A stretch of DNA of 32,000 nucleotides from positions 62,597 through 94,596 of the forward strand of contig NZ_LRUA01000006.1 of the NCBI RefSeq assembly GCF_001550055.1, given 5' to 3'. Below are positions 8,534-16,095 of this stretch, in pieces. How positions within the stretch are numbered: the stretch's first letter is position 1; every line of letters begins with the position of its first letter. The notes under the pieces are model-generated. The model made no database searches, was not told the origin of the DNA, and saw nothing but the letters and a program-made list of their open reading frames with translations. The position numbers were made by a program, and so were the translations under genes. This DNA comes from Kordiimonas lacus. Its GTDB lineage: Bacteria; Pseudomonadota; Alphaproteobacteria; Sphingomonadales; Kordiimonadaceae.

Positions 8534-10042
8534 TTATTCGCCCCGGATGAAGGTGCGAATGTCCTTCACCAGTTGCTCGATGGACGGCTGGTGCACATAC
8601 ATCATGTGGCCGGCCTCATAATAAGTGAACCACACCCGGCTGGTGTCGATGCCATTGGCGTTGAAGGTGTTCTCCGACGCGAAGAAGGGGGTTGCCAGGT
8701 CATAGTAGCCATTGGCTACCATGGTGCGCAGGTCCTTGTTTTCGCGCATAGCCGTGCCCACGAAAGGGGCAACGTTCGGGTAGCCTTCGCTGTAACCACG
8801 CTTGCGGGGCTCTGCCCAGTGGCGGCCCGGCTTGCCGGACAGCACCTCATAGCGGCGCTCAATATCCACGCCCAGGTCATTCTGCATATACTGGTAGATG
8901 CCAGCGGTATAGGCAGCATCGATGCCGTAGCCTGAAGGGTCATTATCGAACCGTTCGCCGGTGCCTTCATAGTCTTCGCCAACGAAGCGGCTGTCCAGGC
9001 GACCAACGGTTTTACCCTCATTGCGCAGCAGTTCTTTCATGAACCGCATGTTGTTGACGCGCAGGTTGGCATTTTTGACATATTGCTCGCTCAGACCCGT
9101 GTAGGCAGCCAGTTTGGCGGCGACAGCGTTGAACTCGCTCTCGTCCAGGCGGTTGCCTTGCAGCAGGGCACTGGCATAGTCGCCCAGCGTGAAGGCACGA
9201 ACTTCGTCAATAAATCCTTCAAGTGTGCGGCCCGCCTTGTCCACCTTGCCGTGATACCAGGCGGTGGCGGCCATTGTCGGCAGGTAGGAAATATAGGGCG
9301 TGTCGTTACCAGGCTGATAGCGCGCTGTCTGGAAATCCAGGATGGAGGAGATGAACACAACACCGTTGATCGCAATATCGGACCAGCCGCCCTGAAGCTC
9401 ATGCAGAAGCGCCGCCGCACGCGTGGTGCCATAGCTTTCGCCCGACAAATACTTGGGCGAATTCCAGCGCTTGTGCTTCACCAGCCAAAGGCGGATGAAC
9501 TCAGCGATAGACTGGGCATCATTTTCAATGCCCCAGAAATCCTTGCCGTCACCTTTGCCGATGGCGCGGCTATAGCCTGTGCCGACGGGGTCAATGAAGA
9601 CCATATCGGCCATGTCCAAAATCGACAGTGGGTTGTCTTCCAGCCGGTAAGGCGCGGCGCCATCATCTTCGGCGTCGGACGGCAGGACCACCCGCTTGGG
9701 CCCGTAAACGCCCAGGTGCAGCCATAGGCTGGCAGAGCCCGGACCACCGTTGAAGATGAAGAACACAGGGCGCTCGGCGTTTGATTTCAAATCTGTCCGC
9801 AGATAAGTGGTGGAAAAGATCGAGGCTGTGGCTTCGCCCTTATCGTTCTTCAGATGCGTTTCACCGGCAATGGCCTTGTATTTGACCTTCTCGCCGCCGA
9901 AAGTACCCGCCTTTTCAACTTCATAGACTTTTGGTGCTTCGACAGGTGCTGCGGTCTCGCCCTTCGTCTCGGCCGCGACCGCAGGCAGCGTCATGGACGC
10001 CGCAAGCAGCATGCCGACGCATGATTTTGCTAGCTTGAACAT
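8534..10042 (-). CDS. Secreted peptidase S10 family serine carboxypeptidase
   Basis: Signal peptide MFKLAKSCVGMLLAASMTLPAVAAE. S10 motifs FNGGPGSASLWLHLG and the catalytic-serine context LSGESYGTTRA. AGGGGA SD. Confidence 0.85.
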   Translation of the reverse strand: MFKLAKSCVGMLLAASMTLPAVAAETKGETAAPVEAPKVYEVEKAGTFGGEKVKYKAIAGETHLKNDKGEATASIFSTTYLRTDLKSNAERPVFFIFNGGPGSASLWLHLGVYGPKRVVLPSDAEDDGAAPYRLEDNPLSILDMADMVFIDPVGTGYSRAIGKGDGKDFWGIENDAQSIAEFIRLWLVKHKRWNSPKYLSGESYGTTRAAALLHELQGGWSDIAINGVVFISSILDFQTARYQPGNDTPYISYLPTMAATAWYHGKVDKAGRTLEGFIDEVRAFTLGDYASALLQGNRLDESEFNAVAAKLAAYTGLSEQYVKNANLRVNNMRFMKELLRNEGKTVGRLDSRFVGEDYEGTGERFDNDPSGYGIDAAYTAGIYQYMQNDLGVDIERRYEVLSGKPGRHWAEPRKRGYSEGYPNVAPFVGTAMRENKDLRTMVANGYYDLATPFFASENTFNANGIDTSRVWFTYYEAGHMMYVHQPSIEQLVKDIRTFIRGE

Positions 10043-10125
10043 GGATATCCCCTGATTGTTGACTTTGGGGCTCTCTTAGCCCTTTGGTTTAGCCCTGTCG
10101 CGAGCTTCGCGATGAGCTGAGCCCT

Positions 10126-10884
10126 TTAGTAGGCGAACTGTTCGGTGAAGATGCGCTCGGCCAGCGTGTGCTCGCTGTCGAACAGCAGCGTCAGCGACAC
10201 GTCGCGGGCCTCTTCGATCAACACATGGCGCACATCCCGCACTTCATGCATGTCCGCAACAGCGGAAACTGGCCGTTTTTGCGGCTGGTTGATGGTAAGC
10301 GCCACCGTCACATGATGCGGCAACAGGGCGCCGCCCCAACGGCGGGGGCGGAAGGCAGAAAGCGGTGTCAGCGCAAGAAGGTCGGCGCCCAATGGGATGA
10401 TCGGGCCATGGGCAGACAGGTTATAGGCTGTGCTGCCGGCAGGGGTTGCCACCAAGACGCCGTCGCCGACCAGTTCCGGCAGCCGCACCTTACCGTCAAT
10501 CGCCACGCGGATGTTGGCAGCCTGGCGGGTTTCCCGCAGGAGCGACACTTCATTGATGGCCAGATGTTCGACAACCTCACCATCACAGCGGGTGGCGCGC
10601 ATACGCAGAGGATGCAGGGTGAAGCTGTCTGCCTTGCCGATACGTTCAATCAGGTCATCATCGTTGAATTCATTCATCAGGAAGCCAACGGTGCCCTTGT
10701 TCATGCCGAAAATTGGCACATTGCGGCCCATATAGGCATGCAGGGTCTGCAGCATGAATCCGTCGCCACCAAGCGCAATAATGACGTCTGCATCACTGGT
10801 GCTGACTGCCTTATAACGGTTCCGTAATAACTGCGCGGCTTTGCTCGCTTCGCCAAACTCGCTGGCAATGATGGCTATCTTCAT
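10126..10884 (-). CDS. nadK: NAD(+) kinase
   Basis: GGDGFML motif ([15 protein letters not shown]), NE..LLR and [12 protein letters not shown] motifs, and a length of about 250 aa typical of alphaproteobacterial NadK. Confidence 0.9.
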   Translation of the reverse strand: MKIAIIASEFGEASKAAQLLRNRYKAVSTSDADVIIALGGDGFMLQTLHAYMGRNVPIFGMNKGTVGFLMNEFNDDDLIERIGKADSFTLHPLRMRATRCDGEVVEHLAINEVSLLRETRQAANIRVAIDGKVRLPELVGDGVLVATPAGSTAYNLSAHGPIIPLGADLLALTPLSAFRPRRWGGALLPHHVTVALTINQPQKRPVSAVADMHEVRDVRHVLIEEARDVSLTLLFDSEHTLAERIFTEQFAY

Positions 10885-10971
10885 ATGCTTGTTCCCTCTT
10901 GGGTGCGAGTATAGGGAAAAATTGGCTGAGAGCGAGCGGGAATTTTTCCGCAGGAGGTCTCGGTCGGCTGA

Positions 10972-12000
10972 TCAGCCGCCGGTCTGGCTCATGTGGCGAC
11001 CAACGGTGCCGACCATACGGTCATTCTGCATGGCAAAATCGTGGCCTTTGGGCTTTTCCAGCATGGCTTTCCCAAGAGCGGCTTCAAGCTCGGCTTCCGG
11101 GTCGTCAGACCTAAGGGCTGCGCGCAGGTCCACATGGTCATCCTGGCCAAGGCACATATAGATGCGGCCCGTGCAGGTTACGCGCACGCGGTTGCAGCCG
11201 TCGCAGAAGTTGCCGGTCAGCGGTGTAATAAGCCCCAGGCGGTTGGCGTGGCCCTTTACAGAGAAATACCTGGCCGGGCCGCCTGTGCGGTGGCCGCTCG
11301 GCGTGAGCGTCCAGCGGTCCTGGAGGGTGGGCAAAAGCGCGGTCAGCGGCAGATACCGGTCTTCACGGGCATCGTCGATTTCACCCAAGGGCATGGTCTC
11401 AATCAGCGTAAGATCAAGGCCTTCAGCCAGACACCAGGCCATCAGGTCCGGGATTTCACCGTCGTTCATGCCCTTGAGCGCCACCGTGTTGATCTTGACC
11501 TCAAGGCCTGCGGCCTTGGCGGCACGGATGCCTTCAAGGACCTGCGCCAGCTTGTTGCGGCGGGAGATTTCCTCGAACAGGTCTGGCTTCAGTGTATCCA
11601 GCGACACATTGATGCGCCTTACGCCCGCCTTATAGAGGTCAGCCGCCATATGTGGCAGTTGCGTGCCGTTGGTGGTGAGGGTCACCTCATCCAACAGGCC
11701 GCGATCTACATCATCCCCAAGCCGTTCAATCAGCGACAGGATGCCTTTCCTGACCAGGGGTTCGCCGCCTGTCAGGCGGATGCGGCGCACACCGCGGTCC
11801 ATGAAGGCCTTTGACAGGTCGTAAAGCTCCTCAAGCGTCAGCACGTCGGCTTTGGGCAGGAACACCATGTCTTCCGCCATGCAGTAGCGGCACCGGAGGT
11901 CACAGCGGTCCGTGACGGACAGGCGCAGATAGTTGATCTGCCGCCCGAAAGTGTCGGTCAGTGCTTTGGTCTGTGGCATATGGTCATGGCTATCAGGCAT
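10972..12000 (-). CDS. moaA: GTP 3',8-cyclase (molybdenum cofactor biosynthesis protein A), radical SAM
   Basis: YLRLSVTDRCDLRCRYC radical-SAM CxxxCxxC cluster and a C-terminal second-cluster region FCDGCNRVRVTCTGRIYMCLGQ. The protein is 342 aa. Confidence 0.95.
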   Translation of the reverse strand: MPDSHDHMPQTKALTDTFGRQINYLRLSVTDRCDLRCRYCMAEDMVFLPKADVLTLEELYDLSKAFMDRGVRRIRLTGGEPLVRKGILSLIERLGDDVDRGLLDEVTLTTNGTQLPHMAADLYKAGVRRINVSLDTLKPDLFEEISRRNKLAQVLEGIRAAKAAGLEVKINTVALKGMNDGEIPDLMAWCLAEGLDLTLIETMPLGEIDDAREDRYLPLTALLPTLQDRWTLTPSGHRTGGPARYFSVKGHANRLGLITPLTGNFCDGCNRVRVTCTGRIYMCLGQDDHVDLRAALRSDDPEAELEAALGKAMLEKPKGHDFAMQNDRMVGTVGRHMSQTGG

Positions 12001-12076
12001 AGCTGCAATGTCGTGCGCAAGACGCCAGTCGTCAAGTCATTAGCGCGTGATAATGGCGTCAGAATGTGGTGTGGGG

Positions 12077-12397
12077 TCAGCTATCTTCGTCGAAGAAGGA
12101 ACCCAGGGCCTCGTCATACGCTTCATCCAGGCGCTTGAATACTGTGGCATTGGCTTTGAACGCATGCCCTTCGGCCTTCAGGTCCACCATATTCTGCAAC
12201 AGGTCTGAATAACCGGGACCGGACGGGCTTGTGGAAGGGGACGTAAGGGCTGCGGTGTTCTGGCTTTGACCAGCATCGTCGTCCAGGCTGAAGGATGAAG
12301 CCTCACTTGTTTTCTTCAGGATCTCAGCCGCCAAGTCGGTGGCGCGGCTTTCCGACTGCAGCAGGCCTTGTGTCGCGATGTTGAGCGCCTTGATCAT
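12077..12397 (-). CDS. Small acidic hypothetical protein (106 aa) with flagellar axial-protein-like N- and C-terminal helices and a Ser/Pro-rich linker
   Basis: The ORF has a protein-like composition. The N-terminus MIKALNIATQGLLQSESRATDLAAEILK resembles the FlgG-type MIxxLxIAxxGL start. The C-terminus DLLQNMVDLKAEGHAFKANATVFKRLDEAYDEAL resembles the rod/FliE C-terminal motif (xRAYxxN...V...L..AYxE). The SD-like GAGGGA sits rather far away, 12 nt from the ATG. Confidence 0.55.
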   Translation of the reverse strand: MIKALNIATQGLLQSESRATDLAAEILKKTSEASSFSLDDDAGQSQNTAALTSPSTSPSGPGYSDLLQNMVDLKAEGHAFKANATVFKRLDEAYDEALGSFFDEDS

Positions 12398-12531
12398 GAA
12401 ATCGTGATATCCCTCTAAAGTCCGCGGTCACTATACACCTGAGGCGGTGAATTGGCAGTAAAGATTTAGATACAATTGTCGATATCCCGTGCGGTGCTAT
12501 GTTGTGGTGTGAACGATGAACGGAGGCTTTT

Positions 12532-13167
12532 GTGGAACTTGATCTAGTTATCGATGTGGTGTGCCCCTGGTGTTATGTGGGTAAACGCCAACTGGACAAG
12601 GCGCTGGAGATGCGCCCGGGCAGCCTGTCCGTGGTGCGCTACAGGCCATATCAGCTCGCGCCCGACACACCGATAGAAGGCGTGGACCGCAAAAGCTATT
12701 ACCGGAAGAAATTCGGCGATGGGCCACAACTTGAGGCCATGCGGGAGCACCTTAAGGTACAGGCAGCGGGCCTTGGGATCGCATTCGATTTCGACAGTGA
12801 CTGCACCATCGCCAACAGCCTGGATGCGCACCGCCTGATCCGCTGGGCCATGACGCCCGGCAAGCAGGCGGAAGTGGCGGACGGCATCATGAAAGCCTAT
12901 TTCGAAGACTGCGCCTTCATTGGCGATCATGCCCTGCTGACAGAGATCGCCGGGCAGGCGGGCATGGACACTACGCTGGTGGCTGAACTGCTGGCCTCCA
13001 ACCAGGACACAGACCTCATTCGCACGGAAGTGCAACACGCGCAGGAAGCCGGTATTCGCGGCGTACCCATGTATATCTTTGGCGGCAAATATGCGGTTTC
13101 GGGTGCGCAGGGACCGGAAGCGCTCGTGCAGGTGATTGATAAGGTAACAGCCGAGGCAACCGCGTAA
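12532..13167 (+). CDS. DsbA-family (FrnE / 2-hydroxychromene-2-carboxylate isomerase-like) thiol oxidoreductase
   Basis: The N-terminal VIDVVCPWCYVGKRQLDKAL carries a CPWC redox motif. GVPMYIFGGKYAVSGAQ is typical of the FrnE-like DsbA family. GTG start with GGAGG 5 nt upstream. Confidence 0.85.
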   Translation: MELDLVIDVVCPWCYVGKRQLDKALEMRPGSLSVVRYRPYQLAPDTPIEGVDRKSYYRKKFGDGPQLEAMREHLKVQAAGLGIAFDFDSDCTIANSLDAHRLIRWAMTPGKQAEVADGIMKAYFEDCAFIGDHALLTEIAGQAGMDTTLVAELLASNQDTDLIRTEVQHAQEAGIRGVPMYIFGGKYAVSGAQGPEALVQVIDKVTAEATA

Positions 13168-13201
13168 AAAAACAGGCGCCCTTCTGGGAAAAGGACGCCT
13201 G
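13166..13201 (-). terminator. Rho-independent terminator candidate (minus strand) downstream of the OMP gene; also lies just after the dsbA-like stop
   Basis: A hairpin CAGGCGCCCTT-ctgggaa-AAGGACGCCTG (one mismatch) lies at 13173-13201. On the minus strand it is followed by a run of 7 U (plus-strand A7 at 13166-13172). Confidence 0.5.
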
Positions 13202-13347
13202 CTACTCATAACAATTGATACTCGGAACAAAAGGCCAGGGAAAGCCAAGGAATAATCAGGGTAGAAGGGTCAGGACATTTGAAGTTCCCTGAGGGAGCGG
13301 GCCCCACTGAACGGAGAGGAAATCAGCAGGGCCCACGAGGGAGACCG

Positions 13348-13902
13348 TTAGAAGCGGGCGATCAGGCCTGCTTTGGTTGTCCAGGCGTTTTTGTCGTCGC
13401 CGTAGGTCGTATAGTCGGCGCCGACACGAAGGCTGAGGCTTTCGCCAAGCGCCCGCTCATAGCCGCCACCAAAGCGCCAGCCGTTGTCGTTGAAGGCATC
13501 ACCGTCTGCGCTGGTTGGGTCGAACCGGGTGCGAACATAACCAGCTTTACCGTAAATCAGGTTCGCGCCGTCAGAACCAAATGCCTGACCAAGCGTCAGG
13601 GACGCGCTCCATTCATATTCGCTTTTCATGCCAGTGGCGTTGTTGTTATAGCCAGTGTCGCCGAAGGTGCCTTCAAGGCCATAGACCATGTTGTTGTCCA
13701 TCTGACGGCGGAAGCCGATCACACCACCATAATAGAGGCTGCGGTCGCGCTTGACGTCGCCAGCCAGTTTGGTCCAGTCAACGCCTGCCTCAATACCGGC
13801 ATAGGCACCATCAAATTTGCGCTCACCGTCGGCGGCGCTTGCGCCTGCAGCCAGAAGCGTTGAAGCCGTTACCACACCCATAATTGTTTTCGAGAATTTC
13901 AT
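13348..13902 (-). CDS. Small outer-membrane beta-barrel protein (OmpA-like barrel / porin-family, ~8 strands)
   Basis: Signal peptide MKFSKTIMGVVTASTLLAAGASA. Alternating beta-strand pattern, GLEGTFG motif and a C-terminal ...GLIARF aromatic terminus. I prefer ATG 13902 (GGAGGA 5 nt upstream) over the ORF-track start at 13941. Confidence 0.8.
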   Translation of the reverse strand: MKFSKTIMGVVTASTLLAAGASAADGERKFDGAYAGIEAGVDWTKLAGDVKRDRSLYYGGVIGFRRQMDNNMVYGLEGTFGDTGYNNNATGMKSEYEWSASLTLGQAFGSDGANLIYGKAGYVRTRFDPTSADGDAFNDNGWRFGGGYERALGESLSLRVGADYTTYGDDKNAWTTKAGLIARF

Positions 13903-14060
13903 GACTGTCCTCCGTGTCGTTTTCTCAAAGTGCCAGGCCATTCTTATGTGCCCGGCTGATGATGAGAATTTGGAGGGGCTTTGGGGCGCGTCTATGGGCG
14001 ATCCGTGGCGGATTTATGAAACATTGTGACGCAATGCGGCGCTCAGCTTAACATCTGTTC

Positions 14061-14091
14061 AGAAAAGGGGGCAAAAGCTGGTTTTGCCCCC
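14061..14091 (-). terminator. Rho-independent terminator of nhaA
   Basis: On the minus strand, GGGGGCAAAAC-cag-CTTTTGCCCCC is followed by UUUUCU. It begins 14 nt after the nhaA stop. Confidence 0.8.
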
Positions 14092-14104
14092 TAAATCGAG
14101 TTTT

Positions 14105-15256
14105 TCAGGCGCTGGCTGGTTTGGCGCGCGACAATACGGCCCAGCCGATGAGGGCAGACAGAAGACTCGCTGCCAGCACCCCAATCCGTACGTCGGCCTG
14201 AAGCGCGATAGAGCTGTAGGCCAGACTGCCGATAAAGAGGCTCATGGTGAAACCAATACCTGCCAGGTGCCCTGCGCCCCAGACGTGGGCCATGGTTAAC
14301 TTCCCGGGCAGCTTGGCGCGGAAGATATAGATGGCAACCAGGGCGCCTGCGATCACGCCAAGCGGCTTGCCCAGGGCAAGACCCGCAAGAATGCCCGCAC
14401 TAACCGGGGCCATGAGCGAGTCAAACGACAGGCCTGCAAGGGAAACACCCGCGTTGGCAAACGCAAACAGCGGCAGAACCATCAGGGCCACCGGTGCGTG
14501 CAGGTTATGCTCCAGGTCTTCGAGCGGTGAATGGCCCTCATCATCCTTCGTGGCGGGAATAGCCAGCCCCACTGCAACGCCAGCGAGGGTGGCGTGAACG
14601 CCCGACTTCAGCACAGCAATCCAGACGAGCGCGCCAATGAACAAATAGGCGGAGGTGTTGCGAACGCCGGCGCGGTTCAGCACAAAGAGCCCCACACAGC
14701 CTGCCTGCGCCAATGTAAGCGAGATGACCGAAAGATCAGCAGTATAGAAGGCTGCGATAATCACCACGGCACCCAGATCATCAAGGATCGCGAGTGTCAG
14801 CAGGAACAGCTTCAGCTCCGCGGGAATGCGACTGCCCATCATGGCAAGGATGCCGATGGCAAACGCAATATCCGTGGCGGTCGGGATCGCCCAGCCACTC
14901 ATGGCTTGGGCCTCACCACCAGTGGCAAACCAAAAGAGGAGGGCAGGAACAACCATGCCGCCGACAGCAGCCATTCCGGGCAGGGCAAGGCTTTTGAGGC
15001 TCGACAGTTCGCCCGTCACCACTTCTCGCTTGATTTCAAGCCCCACCAGAAGGAAGAAGATGGCCATGAGGCCTTCGTTGATCCACAAAAGGATGGGTTT
15101 GGACAGGCCATACTCGCCAAGGGCAATGGTGCCTTTGGTTTTCAGAAGCGCATCATAGATTGGCGCCAGGCTCGAATTGTCCAAAATGATGGCGAATGCA
15201 GCCGCTGCGATCAGCAGGAGCCCCCCGAGTGCGTCGGGTGACATGGATAATTTCAT
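14105..15256 (-). CDS. nhaA: Na+/H+ antiporter NhaA
   Basis: Polytopic membrane protein with NhaA hallmarks, including FLLTLAILDDLGAVVIIA (the DD motif) and WINEGLMAIFFLLVGLEIKRE. The start is set at ATG 15256 (MKLSMSPD...) with GGGAGA 5 nt upstream. The ORF-track extension to 15310 looks spurious. Confidence 0.95.
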   Translation of the reverse strand: MKLSMSPDALGGLLLIAAAAFAIILDNSSLAPIYDALLKTKGTIALGEYGLSKPILLWINEGLMAIFFLLVGLEIKREVVTGELSSLKSLALPGMAAVGGMVVPALLFWFATGGEAQAMSGWAIPTATDIAFAIGILAMMGSRIPAELKLFLLTLAILDDLGAVVIIAAFYTADLSVISLTLAQAGCVGLFVLNRAGVRNTSAYLFIGALVWIAVLKSGVHATLAGVAVGLAIPATKDDEGHSPLEDLEHNLHAPVALMVLPLFAFANAGVSLAGLSFDSLMAPVSAGILAGLALGKPLGVIAGALVAIYIFRAKLPGKLTMAHVWGAGHLAGIGFTMSLFIGSLAYSSIALQADVRIGVLAASLLSALIGWAVLSRAKPASA

Positions 15257-15363
15257 TACGATCTCCCTGATATCCCACCACCATATTGGAGGTAGGGCAT
15301 GGAGATGCAATATTAAATCGACCGATTTGGTCCGATTTCAGCGGAGGCCGAAAATGGCAAATC

Positions 15364-15459
15364 CTAAATCAGGAAAAGGTAAGCAACGAAACCGCTCACA
15401 GCAATCAGGTTGAGCGCAGCGCCCCATCCTGAGAATTCGCTATATTGGCTATTTTTCAT
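15364..15459 (-). CDS. Micro-ORF 1: 31-aa single-helix hydrophobic peptide MKNSQYSEFSGWGAALNLIAVSGFVAYLFLI
   Basis: Hand translation of the minus strand. GAGGA lies 7 nt upstream of the ATG. It is a paralogue of micro-ORF 2, with amino-acid conservation despite synonymous codon differences. It lies 108 nt upstream of nhaA on the same strand. Confidence 0.6.
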   Translation of the reverse strand: MKNSQYSEFSGWGAALNLIAVSGFVAYLFLI

Positions 15460-15797
15460 CATTCTATCCTCTAGCTATCCTTTGTGTTGGCTGCAGGTTT
15501 TCCTGTCTTTCCAACATATGTCTGTCGTGTCCCTGGCGGTAGATCGGCCTTTGCCAACCCGGTGTCGCCTAATCTGCAACGTCATCTTTTATGGCTTATC
15601 AGGTGCCCGATGATCTTTCTGTGCTGCGGATCACAGCGAGATATAAGCGGTCCCGCGCCAATAACAATCTATAAAAATGTTAGGGCAGCTATGCGTTTGA
15701 CGCTAAGCGATTGAGGTAATGAGTGAAATTGCGGTGCACAAAATATGCCGAGGCGCCCGGATGCGGAACATTCGGCCGATTTGGTCGCTCTATCCCG

Positions 15798-15887
15798 TTA
15801 AATTAGAAAGAGATAGGTCACAAAGGCGCTGACGCCCAAAAGGTTCAGACCGGCAATCAAGCCAGAAAGGGCAGGGGTGGGCTTCAT
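15798..15887 (-). CDS. Micro-ORF 2: 29-aa single-helix hydrophobic peptide MKPTPALSGLIAGLNLLGVSAFVTYLFLI
   Basis: Hand translation of the minus strand. GGGGA lies 7 nt upstream of the ATG. The C-terminal 18 residues match micro-ORF 1 at 13 positions, and 10 of those use different synonymous codons. Confidence 0.6.
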   Translation of the reverse strand: MKPTPALSGLIAGLNLLGVSAFVTYLFLI

Positions 15888-16048
15888 GGCACGTCCCCGG
15901 AATTGTCCTGTTGGCCTGAACAACGGGAGGAGGTGTATCTCAGGCGGCTGCCTTTTGCCGCCGGTTAAGACTTATAACACCCATAGGGTACCAGCTGCCG
16001 ATTAACGATTTCTGATCAAACGAGGTTAATAAACGATAATATATAGTT

Positions 16049-16077
16049 CCTGACCCCAACAGGGTGTCGAGGTCAGG
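16049..16077 (-). terminator. Weak terminator-like hairpin downstream of the second OMP gene
   Basis: A 7-bp CCTGACC / GGTCAGG stem with a 15-nt loop is followed on the minus strand by an AU-rich tract (AACUAUAUAUUAU). There is no clean U-run. Confidence 0.3.
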
Positions 16078-16095
16078 CTATTTGTGGCTCTGCGG

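Noticed and set aside
10993-11814. 273-aa plus-strand ORF antisense to moaA, plus the nested ORF at 11162-11635
   Set aside because: The minus frame encodes an unmistakable radical-SAM MoaA. The antisense product is an A/G/R/H-rich shadow.
13202-13347. G-rich purine tracts and GGGCCC-centred mirror repeats in the 3' region of the OMP gene
   Set aside because: The repeats are mirror repeats, not inverted repeats, so they form no stable hairpin. I could not assign a function.
14531-15241. 236-aa plus-strand ORF antisense to nhaA
   Set aside because: nhaA is unambiguous on the minus strand. The antisense product is a charged low-complexity shadow.
15257-15310. N-terminal extensions given by the ORF track for nhaA (to 15310), the OMPs (13941, 16731), sdhE (20715) and DUF2141 (31260)
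   Set aside because: Internal ATGs with proper SD spacing produce canonical N-termini (signal peptides, or the first TM segment of NhaA). The extensions add implausible residues.
15410-15714. Plus-strand ORFs of 67 and 76 aa between the two micro-ORFs, and a 36-aa basic minus-strand ORF starting at 15585
   Set aside because: They have no SD, an odd composition and no paralogue or conservation signal, unlike the two micro-ORFs.
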